IMG/VR virus record: IMGVR_UViG_3300033490_000001
DNA: 64,000 nucleotides
Source: a virus
Direction: 5' to 3' (one strand)
A program made the translations under genes and the position numbers. Below the pieces are notes generated by a model that worked only from the letters and a program-made list of their open reading frames with translations, was not told the DNA's origin and searched no databases. Positions 37,464 to 47,013 of the stretch are shown piece after piece. The number at the start of each line of letters is the position of its first letter. Position 1 is the first letter of the stretch.

Positions 37464-37492
37464 TTGACATTGCTGGTCTGTATCACTATGCT
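37464..37492 (+). promoter_or_regulatory. sigma70-type promoter
   Basis: TTGACA-17 nt-TATGCT. Confidence 0.75.
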
Positions 37493-37498
37493 ACCGCA

Positions 37499-37730
37499 CC
37501 TCAGCAATTCGGAGTTGCAACTCCGAATGCTGAATGTTGGTAGCAACTTGCTTTATTCCTCTGTGTGTAGTCTTTGCTAGAGTGAATCGAAGCCAAACCT
37601 ACCTTGGAGAATAGAGTAACGAATTTATAACAGACTAACGTAACAACTACCCTCCTAACGGATTAAAAGACTCGATCTAGTAACGACTACACATAGCAGA
37701 CCTATAATAAAGCAACTTGCTACCAGCAAA
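37499..37730 (+). ncRNA. Candidate structured ncRNA (5' hairpin + long rod)
   Basis: Palindrome at 37501-37533; stems 37535-37557/37706-37728 (22/23 paired) and 37561-37580/37677-37696 (19/20 paired), with three G-U wobbles on the + strand. Confidence 0.6.
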
Positions 37731-37899
37731 TTTTCGCGAGTGACCTGACTATGATGCGAAACCGAGTTTATTTGGCAAGTGCTTGTGGCAATTTCGCGGA
37801 TGTGGTGGCGTGTATGGAGAGATGGTAGGCATGGTCGGTTCAGCTTGTGGTGTAGGTGAGAAGTTTCGGCTGTTTGTGCGTGGTGTCTATTGTTGCTGA

Positions 37900-37928
37900 T
37901 TGACAACCTTGCGTTTTTGTCTTATACT
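37900..37928 (+). promoter_or_regulatory. sigma70-type promoter
   Basis: TTGACA-17 nt-TATACT; implies the next gene starts at ATG 37962. Confidence 0.8.
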
Positions 37929-37961
37929 TTGTGCTGGTCGGTAGTCTGTTTACGCGAAATC

Positions 37962-38912
37962 ATGGGAATTGTAAGGAGGGTGTTTAGGTTGCGGAAGCGT
38001 GAGATTCGCGTGATTGAAGATCAAATCTATGTCGAGCGTAGTCCTTTTGGCGTTCGGTTCAACATGAAGGTTTACTGTTCTCCTGCCTTTTATGCTGAGA
38101 ACAAGCAACTTCCGCTCCTTGCGTTTCCCGAAGGTTCGCTTCCACCGTTACTGAGGTTGTTTCCGTTGTCTCCAGTTAGGCTGAAAAGTGGAATTGAAGC
38201 GTACCTATTTGTTCGGCACGAAGATTTCTTCAAGGTTGTTCGTTCGACGAAATACAGGCGTGCTGACAGTTCCCTTCTGTCGACCATCTTAAATCTCAGG
38301 AAGCTGATGGTCATGAGCATTGACACTGACAAGCACAACCGAGCCCGTTGCCTTGTCTTTCCGTTCATGACTGACAAAGATTTCTGGGAAGCTTTCGGGC
38401 TTGAGTCTATCCCACCGATCGGTCAAGTTTTTGTTTACGTTTCGCATTACCCTCGTGAAAGGCAACTTAACTTTGTCGCTGCGACTTTACTGAACCATTT
38501 CGCGTTACTTTACTATCTCCTGAAGCATGATGAGAAGGAGTGGTTTATCGATGAGATAGCCAAGACAAAGAACTTGATCGAGTTTGCTCCATTCGTAGTT
38601 GAGAGCAAAGTCAGCCAGAACCATGTCTTCGTGCCTGAACCTATGTTCGCGCTCGCGTTAGTTACTGAATTTCCTGACCAAATACGCGAAATTGCCGCGA
38701 AATATCTTGCCAGCACCAAGGGTTTCGGACCGTCAGCTTGGTTTGCGTACTCTGGCATGGCTTACCGCAAACTTCTCAAATCGGCGTTTGCCATCACTGA
38801 CGAACAGGTTTTCGAAAGGTTCAAGAAGTTAGTTGCTGAACGGTTCTCGGGTGCTGAGTATGAAGTTGACCTTTCCAAAACCAACTACGGAGGTGTTTTG
38901 GCGGCATCGTAG
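37962..38912 (+). CDS. Hypothetical protein
   Basis: Long ORF downstream of a consensus promoter. Confidence 0.7.
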   Translation: MGIVRRVFRLRKREIRVIEDQIYVERSPFGVRFNMKVYCSPAFYAENKQLPLLAFPEGSLPPLLRLFPLSPVRLKSGIEAYLFVRHEDFFKVVRSTKYRRADSSLLSTILNLRKLMVMSIDTDKHNRARCLVFPFMTDKDFWEAFGLESIPPIGQVFVYVSHYPRERQLNFVAATLLNHFALLYYLLKHDEKEWFIDEIAKTKNLIEFAPFVVESKVSQNHVFVPEPMFALALVTEFPDQIREIAAKYLASTKGFGPSAWFAYSGMAYRKLLKSAFAITDEQVFERFKKLVAERFSGAEYEVDLSKTNYGGVLAAS

Positions 38913-38929
38913 GTGCTGCCAATCAAATC

Positions 38930-39463
38930 ATGAGGCGAAAATCGGTGACGGACGAGCGTTTTGAATCTGAAGAAGACATTCCGACGAAAAGCATATGGCG
39001 GCGAACGAAACTTTTCTGGCGTTCGTTGCCTGCTTGGCTTAGAGTTCAGTATGTTCGAGCGCTAAGGGAAGCTGCTTCACAAGTGGTTCGTAAGCTCCTT
39101 GAACATTTCAGTGATGCTAACATGCGGGATGTCGTGCAGATGTATTTGCTTGGAGCGTTCCTTGAAAAGTTCAGGCAATTACGAGAGTTCAACTTGAAGT
39201 CTGCGAAGATCAAGATTTCGCACCCTCTATTTACCTTGCACTCTAACGGTTTCTGGCTCGATGAGTTATACTTTCCCGAAGAGACCGTATGGCTCAGTAT
39301 GACCGTACCTAGGCGCATCTGGTGGTGGCTTGTTATGGACCCTGTAAAGCGAGCGAAGTTCTTTGAGTTCGTGAACGAGCTGTTCAAAGAAGACATTCCG
39401 GTTATCGAGATTTCAGACGGAGATGATGGCGATGCCGGTGTTGCCGATGGAAAGTCTTCCTGA
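38930..39463 (+). CDS. Hypothetical protein
   Basis: 177-aa ORF with RBS. Confidence 0.6.
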   Translation: MRRKSVTDERFESEEDIPTKSIWRRTKLFWRSLPAWLRVQYVRALREAASQVVRKLLEHFSDANMRDVVQMYLLGAFLEKFRQLREFNLKSAKIKISHPLFTLHSNGFWLDELYFPEETVWLSMTVPRRIWWWLVMDPVKRAKFFEFVNELFKEDIPVIEISDGDDGDAGVADGKSS

Positions 39464-39836
39464 CCCGATAACTGAGCTTGGCAGAGAACTGACGCGTGAA
39501 ATCAGGGCATTCATGAAAACTTTGAAACGGTTCGAAGAGCTTAGAGACAGACTCGCTGAAATGCTTGACGATGCGATAGCGAGCGGAAAGGTTCAGGTTA
39601 AGACGGCGAAAGACATTCAAACGCTCGTTGACGCGTATTCCAAGCTTGCAGAGACTGAGGGCAAACTTGCGACGGCTATGGCGCAGTTGATGAAGGTTGC
39701 AAACGAACGGGACGCATTAACGGTAGCGGTATTTTCTCGAACCGATAGCGGAAAAGTCATTCAAGCAGAATTCAACCCAAAGGCGCTTATTCCTGTAATT
39801 GGCGTTTCGGAAGCAAACGATGAAGACTCGGAGTGA
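39423..39836 (+). CDS. Helical protein, possible terminase small subunit
   Basis: Coiled-coil ~130 aa at the head of the morphogenesis cluster; positional inference only. Confidence 0.35.
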   Translation: MMAMPVLPMESLPDPITELGRELTREIRAFMKTLKRFEELRDRLAEMLDDAIASGKVQVKTAKDIQTLVDAYSKLAETEGKLATAMAQLMKVANERDALTVAVFSRTDSGKVIQAEFNPKALIPVIGVSEANDEDSE

Positions 39837-39842
39837 ACGGTC

Positions 39843-40172
39843 ATGGAGCGCTTAAAGATCATTCGTGGAAACGATGAGACATTCAGGGTAGTAGTTACAG
39901 CTGGCGGTATTCCGTTGAACTTGACTGGCGTTACTTTAAAGTGCGAAGTCAAAGAAGCGCCTGGTGGAAGGAAATTGTTTGATGCGATCATTCAAGAAGA
40001 TGATTTGGTCAATGGCGCGTTTATGGTTCAATTTCCAAGTTACGAGACGCAAAAACTTATTCCGAACAGCGTGATTTACTTTGACATCATGATTACATTT
40101 CCGGATGGCACGGTCAGAAACGTCCCATCTCCTCCATTATCTGCGATTGTCGTTGAGCGTGTTACGGACTAA
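39843..40172 (+). CDS. BppU-N-like virion structural domain
   Basis: LKIIRGNDETFRVVV...PLNLTGVTL...YFDIMITFPDG. Confidence 0.65.
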   Translation: MERLKIIRGNDETFRVVVTAGGIPLNLTGVTLKCEVKEAPGGRKLFDAIIQEDDLVNGAFMVQFPSYETQKLIPNSVIYFDIMITFPDGTVRNVPSPPLSAIVVERVTD

Positions 40173-40238
40173 TTGCTGTAGTAGTGTCGAACAAATTTGC
40201 AGAAGCTGCGCAACCAGCAAGTTAGATGGTGAAATTCG

Positions 40239-40766
40239 ATGAGCGAAGTCAGAACTGAGCACATCGTAAATGATGACGAGCACAAAGAACAGTTGATTCC
40301 TGTTTTGACCGAGTTGCAACTGCAAGGTGGTGGCGTCTTTTACCTGATTATCGAGCGACACCGAGATGGTCAGAAAGAGCGTGAAATCATCGAAATCAAG
40401 AACCTCATCACTGACCTCGGGTTAGACATCTTCATTCGAAACCTCATCAACTCCAGCCCAGTTACTATCAGTCACATAGTTCTTTCCGACGCCACGACTG
40501 CTCCAAGTCCTGGCGAAACGACTATGCCCGGAACGAACAAGTGGGCTCAAGCAGCGACAGTTTCGAGACCTTCGGCACGGCAAGCACGCTGGCAGGCGTC
40601 TTGGGCGCAAGGAGCGATCGTTGGAACTATCGGTTCAATTGGGCTTTGTTCCGACAGCGCAGGAAACAACTTGTTTGCGCGTGTTCGACTGTCAACGCCA
40701 AAGACTGTTGGTGCAGACGATACTGTTTCGGTTGTCTATGATTTGACCTTGAGCCGACAATCGTGA
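40239..40766 (+). CDS. Tail-collar/fibre attachment-like structural protein
   Basis: KNLITDLGL...ISHIVLSD...GTIGSIGL...LFARVRL...KTVGADDTVSVVYDLT. Confidence 0.65.
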   Translation: MSEVRTEHIVNDDEHKEQLIPVLTELQLQGGGVFYLIIERHRDGQKEREIIEIKNLITDLGLDIFIRNLINSSPVTISHIVLSDATTAPSPGETTMPGTNKWAQAATVSRPSARQARWQASWAQGAIVGTIGSIGLCSDSAGNNLFARVRLSTPKTVGADDTVSVVYDLTLSRQS

Positions 40767-40821
40767 TAGTTACAGGAGCATCGGAATTTCCATCCGTCGA
40801 TTTATCGGGAGGTGAATAATT

Positions 40822-41205
40822 GTGACCGATGAACAGGTGCAATTGCTGCTTGAACTGTTTGCGCAAGTTTACAACGCTGATGAACCAACTACTGTCGATG
40901 ATGCTGGTCTTGACAGTTGGTGGGAAACTGTTGCGACAAAACTTGAAGCCATTGTTGCGATCTGCAAGAAGCAGGAAATTAAGGATCGAATGCAAGGGCA
41001 CATCAATTATGCCCGCAGGATTATCAAGGACACAGTTTCGTGGATGAGAGAGGTCGATAATGCGCTTTCTCGTAACCCTAAGAAAGCTGAACTCATGCGG
41101 ATTATTCGCAGAGGACTCGATGAGGGTCGCAAAGGAATGTTAGCTCGCATGAAGGAAGACATTAAACAAGCGTTAGCGCAAGAGTTAAGTGGAGGTGGTG
41201 GATAA
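40822..41205 (+). CDS. Hypothetical protein
   Basis: GGAGGTGA RBS. Confidence 0.6.
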   Translation: MTDEQVQLLLELFAQVYNADEPTTVDDAGLDSWWETVATKLEAIVAICKKQEIKDRMQGHINYARRIIKDTVSWMREVDNALSRNPKKAELMRIIRRGLDEGRKGMLARMKEDIKQALAQELSGGGG

Positions 41206-42074
41206 TGGGCTTTCGATACACTTTCATTGGTCGTCCAGCGACTGCTCTAGACTTGATGAATGTCATAAGGGATAACCTTGTGCAGGCTGGTTGGACTTTG
41301 CTGCGAGAATTTACCGATGGCAGCGGAAATAACATCAAATATCTCAAAACTGCACCTTACATCATGCCAGACAATTCCGATGCTGGTTCTGCAGTGCTTG
41401 AGCTTCGCAACCCTGCTGGAACTAACCATGTTGACATCAAAATGTGGAACGGTTGGGATTCACAGTCTAATTCTCCAGTCGGACCTGATTGTCCAAACTC
41501 TGCCAACGGCTCTTACCTTAGATTAGCATACTCATATCAAGCTGGGCTTTATTATTGGCTTTACGCTAACGAATTTTGGTTTGCTTTGCTTCAAACAGAC
41601 TCAACTGGAGGACCACCATATGGTGACAGTTACTACAAGACTGTTGCTGGCGTTGCCTTACCTCCAAGTGGCGTTCCAACTGCGCCTCCATACAAAGCGC
41701 TTTTCGTTGCTTCGCCATACAACACTTCAGGGTCTTTAATAGATTACAACGAAGGAACCCGAAATCTCATTCGTGACCAATATCGGTCAGCCTATGTGGC
41801 AGTAAACCCAATTGATGGAACTAACTTCTGGGCGAATTGGATGCCATTTACTGATGAACGAAGAACGCCAACCAGATACACGGGTCATCCAGACCAACCA
41901 CTTTATCTCTTCCCGCTGCTGCTTTTGACTGTCGGTGAAATCAAATACGCGAAAGTCACAGGTAACATGACAATGGGACTTGGCACACAACAAGTGATCA
42001 ATGGCGAGACTTGGGTGAACATCATCGCTGGCGCATACAACGGTCATGGTCAAATTTGGGTTCGGATAGCGTAA
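41205..42074 (+). CDS. Putative virion fibre/receptor-binding-associated protein, copy A
   Basis: G/S/Y/W-rich beta protein; tandem paralog of 42092-42970. Confidence 0.6.
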   Translation: MGFRYTFIGRPATALDLMNVIRDNLVQAGWTLLREFTDGSGNNIKYLKTAPYIMPDNSDAGSAVLELRNPAGTNHVDIKMWNGWDSQSNSPVGPDCPNSANGSYLRLAYSYQAGLYYWLYANEFWFALLQTDSTGGPPYGDSYYKTVAGVALPPSGVPTAPPYKALFVASPYNTSGSLIDYNEGTRNLIRDQYRSAYVAVNPIDGTNFWANWMPFTDERRTPTRYTGHPDQPLYLFPLLLLTVGEIKYAKVTGNMTMGLGTQQVINGETWVNIIAGAYNGHGQIWVRIA

Positions 42075-42091
42075 CATGAACGGGAGGTGAA

Positions 42092-42970
42092 ATGACGAAA
42101 ATGGGTTTCATTTACGAGTTCATCGGCAGACCTGCAACTGCCTTAGAACTAATGAATGTCATCAGAGACAAATTGGTGGCTGCAGGATGGACGCTGTTGC
42201 GTGAGTATCAAGATGCCAGTGGTAACAATTACAAGTTTCTGATGTGCGCTCCATACATCATGCCTGATGGAAGTGATGCTGGGTCAGCAGTTGTGGAGTT
42301 TAGAAACCCTGCAGGAACTAACCATGTAGATGTGAAAATGTGGACTGGCTGGGACAGCCAAACTAATACTCCAATTCCACCAGACTGCCCAAACGCTGCG
42401 AACGGTTCATATCTAAGGCTTGCGTATTCTTACCAAACAGGTCTTTACTATTGGCTTTACGCAAATGAATATTGGTTCGCTTTACTTGAAGCAAGTGGCG
42501 GCGCGGCTGCAGGTGCTCCAGTAGTGTCGTCTATGTTTAAAACAATCGTTGGACTTGCTTTACCGTTAGCTGGCATTCCTACAGCTCCACCTTTCAAAGC
42601 TCTGTTTGTCTGCTCGCCTTACAACACTTCTGGAGGTTTAATAGATAGTGGACAGGGAACACGGCTTCTCCTTGATCAAAACTGGCGATCAGCATTTATC
42701 TCCATTAATCCTTTATCAGGAACTCCTTGGTGGAGTAATTTTCGCGTGGATTGGTCGTGGATTCCGTCCGTTTATGTCGGTCATCCTGATCTTCCTCCAG
42801 TGTTGATTCCTTGGTTTCTTCACGGGTCAGGAGAATTTAAATATGCGCTTTACACGCGAAATGGTCGAACTGGAATGGGTTCGAGAATTAGGATTGGCAA
42901 CGAAGTTTGGGTCCCGATTATAGGCGGCGACTATGACTGGTATGGTCAAATTTGGGCGCGCATTGCGTAA
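42092..42970 (+). CDS. Putative virion fibre/receptor-binding-associated protein, copy B
   Basis: Shares long identical blocks with copy A (FIGRPATAL, APYIMPD, NPAGTNHVD, NGSYLRLAYSYQ, SPYNTSG, GQIWxRIA). Confidence 0.6.
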   Translation: MTKMGFIYEFIGRPATALELMNVIRDKLVAAGWTLLREYQDASGNNYKFLMCAPYIMPDGSDAGSAVVEFRNPAGTNHVDVKMWTGWDSQTNTPIPPDCPNAANGSYLRLAYSYQTGLYYWLYANEYWFALLEASGGAAAGAPVVSSMFKTIVGLALPLAGIPTAPPFKALFVCSPYNTSGGLIDSGQGTRLLLDQNWRSAFISINPLSGTPWWSNFRVDWSWIPSVYVGHPDLPPVLIPWFLHGSGEFKYALYTRNGRTGMGSRIRIGNEVWVPIIGGDYDWYGQIWARIA

Positions 42971-42990
42971 GACAAAGGGAGTGATGGGTA

Positions 42991-45336
42991 TTGCCGTTAG
43001 CGCCTATCATTTTCGATTATGTTATATCAAAGAAAATGGACAGGCTTGGTGGGTTTACCGGTGTCGGAGATTTCTCGTTAATGAAACCGATGAAGATTGG
43101 AGGTATGTTAGTTTATCCGAAAGCTGAACTTGCGCGACCCATCTTGCCTACAAACCAATCTGTTCGCTGCGAATTCCAAACTGGCTTTGTGCGTTATCGA
43201 TTCGATCAATCTTTGGGAGCCACTTTAGAATTCGTCCCAAACGCTTCGGGACAGATGTTTTTCGACTTTCGCGTCGGTATCAAGTCCTCATTTTTCACCA
43301 TCAGAGGCAATATTGTCCAGATAGCTTCAGGTGACTCTCTTGTAGTTTCGTTCTATCCAAGAGGGCTGCCAAATCAGGCAGCTTACTCTCAAACTATATC
43401 GTCTACTGGCAATTTCGCTGTAACTTGGTCTCCGGTAGCTGATGGAAATCGTGAGTGGATGTTACGCATAACGGCAATCTTCAATCAATCATCTATTCCA
43501 ATTGTCATCAATGGTCTAAGCATTGAGCGCGATAGATTAGATTACCCTCAACGGGAAGGGATGGTGTGGCAAGGAGTCTGGCTTGGAAGAGTTGAAGATG
43601 CCGGTGTCCTGCCACTTGGGCGAATTTGGTCGGACTGTGAAGGCGGATATGCTGCCAATCGGTTCTATGTCAGCCCGCCAGCCTACGATACCTTAGATTT
43701 CGTTCCGAGAAGATCGGGTCGTGTATTCTGTGATTTCCAGTGCGGTCTCACCAATTTAGCCATTGTCGTTAGAGGAAACATCACTCGAATGGCAGCTGGC
43801 GATAGCATAACAGTGCAGTTTTATCCAAGAGGCTTACCCGATCAGATTGCGTTCTCACAAAACATAAGTTCTACCGGAGAATTTCAAGTTATCTGGACGC
43901 CACCTCGTAGAGGAGAATGGATTGTGAGAGTAGCGGCGAACCTCAATCAAACTGAGTTGCCAATAACAATTACAAATTTCAGAGTTGAACGAGCGACAGG
44001 AGTAGGGACTGGTGGCGGAGGCGGTGTAAGTATCCAAGTAAGCGATCAGATGAGCATCATGTCATCAGAAACAATCTTGGCTCAGTTGTCTTTAAATCAA
44101 GTCGAACATGGAATGATTTCAGGAGCTGAACAAGTTAATCCGAATGTGCTTATGACCGTTGGTGATACAGAAACTCTGCAATCTATTGATTCTGCGATTG
44201 CACAGTTCAGCTTGCTTCCGTCAGAGTTAGCGCAAATCATTGCAAGCGAGGCAGTTCAGCCATCGTTGCAAGCTTCTGTCTCCGAAGTCATGCAGGCTTC
44301 AGTGCAAGATACAGTCCTCTCACAATTACTTGCGTCTCCATCAGAGACCGTCAGAGTTTCGACTTCTGAGTCTGTCATCTCGAGCATTTCTGTAGCAGCT
44401 ACAGACGCGACGCAGGTTCGAACTGATGAATCACAAGTCGTGCAGGTTAGCGTTGGCATTTCGGAAAGTTTGCGAATTTCAACGGCTGAGCAAGCAACTC
44501 CGGTTATCTCGTTTGCATTAGCTGAAAGCCAACAAGTTCTCGCAAGCGAAGGCGTCAATGTCTTTACAGGATTCCAACTACTCGTCAGCGATTCAATGCA
44601 AGTGGCTACATCCGAATCGCAGAGCACGAACATCGCTGCTCAGATCGTCCAACAAGAAGCGATTCAGACTGCCGAAGCACCGACTACTCAGCTTGGCGTT
44701 TCTGTCGCAGACTCAGCAAGCATTTTATCCGCTGAGTCTATTATCCCTACGCTGCAACCGCGTGTTTCAGAAACCGTCCAAGTCCTTGCGTCAGAATCTC
44801 AGTCTGTCGGCATCGCAATCAACTTCACGCAACAAGAAAATGTGAGAGCCTCAGAAACTCCGGTAACTCAGATCGGAATTGTTGTCTCAGACCAAGCGAT
44901 AGCGTCAGCAAGCGAAGTAATTGCGCCAACGATTGTCCCACAAGTATCAGAAACGACGCGCATCAGCGCGTCTGAGCAAACACCTGTCGCAATGCAAATT
45001 GCAGCAGCGACTACAGCGCAAATTAGGGCAACAGAGTCGGTGTTACCGTCAATTCAAGTTGCTGCATCAGATGTTGGCGAAATTGTAGTCTCTGAGGAAA
45101 GTTCTGCTCAGATCGCCAGCTCAATTAGTGAAACGATCCGAATTATAACCACAGAGCAGCCCACCACTCAAGTTCAGTTCAGTGCAGTTGAGTCTGTCAC
45201 GCAGATTGAAGCAGAAATTGCGCCGTTCGTCGGTCTTATCCAGCGACTGATGATCCCAGTGTCAGTTGATCTTCTCAAAGCCGTTGAATTGTCGATTTCC
45301 ATCACGCAAGTGAGTTTAGATCTCGGAATAGATTGA
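42991..45336 (+). CDS. Fibre-like protein: two duplicated beta-sandwich domains, Gly linker and ~20 copies of a 20-aa repeat
   Basis: FYPRGLPxQ...SSTGxFxVxW duplicated; GTGGGGG linker; 20-residue periodicity with acidic residues at positions 7 and 15. Confidence 0.7.
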   Translation: MPLAPIIFDYVISKKMDRLGGFTGVGDFSLMKPMKIGGMLVYPKAELARPILPTNQSVRCEFQTGFVRYRFDQSLGATLEFVPNASGQMFFDFRVGIKSSFFTIRGNIVQIASGDSLVVSFYPRGLPNQAAYSQTISSTGNFAVTWSPVADGNREWMLRITAIFNQSSIPIVINGLSIERDRLDYPQREGMVWQGVWLGRVEDAGVLPLGRIWSDCEGGYAANRFYVSPPAYDTLDFVPRRSGRVFCDFQCGLTNLAIVVRGNITRMAAGDSITVQFYPRGLPDQIAFSQNISSTGEFQVIWTPPRRGEWIVRVAANLNQTELPITITNFRVERATGVGTGGGGGVSIQVSDQMSIMSSETILAQLSLNQVEHGMISGAEQVNPNVLMTVGDTETLQSIDSAIAQFSLLPSELAQIIASEAVQPSLQASVSEVMQASVQDTVLSQLLASPSETVRVSTSESVISSISVAATDATQVRTDESQVVQVSVGISESLRISTAEQATPVISFALAESQQVLASEGVNVFTGFQLLVSDSMQVATSESQSTNIAAQIVQQEAIQTAEAPTTQLGVSVADSASILSAESIIPTLQPRVSETVQVLASESQSVGIAINFTQQENVRASETPVTQIGIVVSDQAIASASEVIAPTIVPQVSETTRISASEQTPVAMQIAAATTAQIRATESVLPSIQVAASDVGEIVVSEESSAQIASSISETIRIITTEQPTTQVQFSAVESVTQIEAEIAPFVGLIQRLMIPVSVDLLKAVELSISITQVSLDLGID

Positions 45337-46952
45337 TGCGAAGGAGTGAGACATGGATGTCATGGCAGCCAGATTTGGAATTTCTGGAATTCCTGAAGAG
45401 CTTCAAACTGCCAAAAGGTAGACCGTTTGTTTTCAAGCCACACCTTCTCGCTCTCTACGCTTACCCACTTCGGCAACGCAAATTTCTTGCGATTCAGAAG
45501 GCATCGCAGCTTGGAATTTCGACATACGCAATTGCGCGAGCGATTTTCGAGTGCATTCATCGCAAGCTCGATGTCATGTATGTTCTGTCATCGTGGCCTG
45601 TTGTCAAGAAGTTCGTTCTGAGCAAAATTGATCCGATATTGTCTGCGATGGGCATTCAGCCCAATCCAGATAGCATAGACACAAAGGGTGTAATCAATGG
45701 GATTATTCACTTCACTGGCGGTCAAAAGGTCACGCAAGCAATCTCAATCACTGCTGACTTTCTAATTCTCGACGAATTTTCGTTTTTAGACCCGACAACG
45801 CGGGATACGTTCGAAGACAGGCTATTGGCATCTGATGAAGGCATGATCCTACAGCTTTCTATTCCGTCAGGAACTGAGAGTGGCATCGAAGCTGTTGTGG
45901 CTGCAACCAAATTGTTTATCTGGCACGTTCAGTGTCGGTCATGCAAGCGAATAGTTCCACTTGATCCGAGGGAATATGAGCGGCTTATTACTCTCGATGA
46001 CAGCGGGAAACAGTGGATTTTCAGGTGCTTAGTTTGCGGCAATCCTCTCGATCCCAATGACCCAAATGCTGTACAGGTTAGGACATCAGGCTTTTACGCT
46101 GCCATGAACCCTGAAGCTGAACGAGATGGTTTTCTGATCTCGACTGTCTATGATCCGGAACGAACCGCTGAATGGTTCAAGCAAATTGAGCAAAAACGCG
46201 ATGCAAGTAGGTTCTATCCGGGTGTCATCGGAATTCCGTATGTTATCTCGATGCGAATCGCATTTTCTGATCTACTTAACCTTGTGCTGCCAGATTCTGA
46301 ATGGAATGAACCCAAATTTGTGCCTATCGTTGCTGGAGTCGACTACGGTAAACTATTCCACATCGCTTACCTAACGCTGACCGATCCGCCTCAAGTGGTT
46401 CGACTATCCGTCGCTGCCGACTGGCAACAAGCTCTCGATGAACTTTCGATCTTTAGACCTGTTTTGACGCTCATAGACGAGCTTCCACCAGGCGACAATT
46501 ACTTGTTACGGGACGAACTTTCGGCAAGAGGTGCTGATGCAAGGCTTGCTCTCGCTAGAGCGCCACACAACATATCTGGCGACTTTCACGTAGACAGAAG
46601 GCGAGTAGTTTACAACAATGTCCAAGCTTTCAACATGCTATTTGGCGCAATCCAAAGCGGTCAGGTTCGGTTCCTTCGAAGCAGGCGGCTTGAAGAATTA
46701 TTTGTGCACATCCTTCGCGCACGGAGAGCAATTGCGTCATTGAAAGGGCGATACTACCACACTTGGGTTATCGGCGAAACTGCTCACTTTCTTGATGCCC
46801 TTAAGATGGCTTGGATAGCGAAACTCATAGCATCTACGAGCCCGAACGCTAACCAGCCGGTAATCAGAGACAGCGATGGAGAGCATTTCGATCGCACAAT
46901 GACTGAAGATGAGTTCATAGAACGAGTGTTGCAATCGCTTGGAATCGGATAG
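45333..46952 (+). CDS. Terminase large subunit (GpA-like)
   Basis: IQKASQLGISTY (Walker A-like), LILDEF, WHVQCRSC...CLVC Zn ribbon, VAGVDYG, HFLDALKMA nuclease motifs. Confidence 0.85.
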   Translation: MMRRSETWMSWQPDLEFLEFLKSFKLPKGRPFVFKPHLLALYAYPLRQRKFLAIQKASQLGISTYAIARAIFECIHRKLDVMYVLSSWPVVKKFVLSKIDPILSAMGIQPNPDSIDTKGVINGIIHFTGGQKVTQAISITADFLILDEFSFLDPTTRDTFEDRLLASDEGMILQLSIPSGTESGIEAVVAATKLFIWHVQCRSCKRIVPLDPREYERLITLDDSGKQWIFRCLVCGNPLDPNDPNAVQVRTSGFYAAMNPEAERDGFLISTVYDPERTAEWFKQIEQKRDASRFYPGVIGIPYVISMRIAFSDLLNLVLPDSEWNEPKFVPIVAGVDYGKLFHIAYLTLTDPPQVVRLSVAADWQQALDELSIFRPVLTLIDELPPGDNYLLRDELSARGADARLALARAPHNISGDFHVDRRRVVYNNVQAFNMLFGAIQSGQVRFLRSRRLEELFVHILRARRAIASLKGRYYHTWVIGETAHFLDALKMAWIAKLIASTSPNANQPVIRDSDGEHFDRTMTEDEFIERVLQSLGIG

Positions 46953-46954
46953 GC

Positions 46955-46983
46955 TTTCATTTTTCGGTTGCGTGCGTTATACT
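46955..46983 (+). promoter_or_regulatory. Possible sigma70-type promoter for the head operon
   Basis: TTTCAT-17 nt-TATACT. Confidence 0.45.
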
Positions 46984-47013
46984 CACCAGAACGAAGGTTA
47001 GGAGTGTGAAGAT

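Noticed and set aside
37890-37961. TTG start for the 340-aa ORF
   Set aside because: It overlaps a consensus promoter (37900-37928); ATG 37962 is more plausible.
41205-42970. Diversity-generating retroelement TR/VR pair
   Set aside because: Both copies are full ORFs differing at all base types and mostly at synonymous sites; no reverse transcriptase is in the window.
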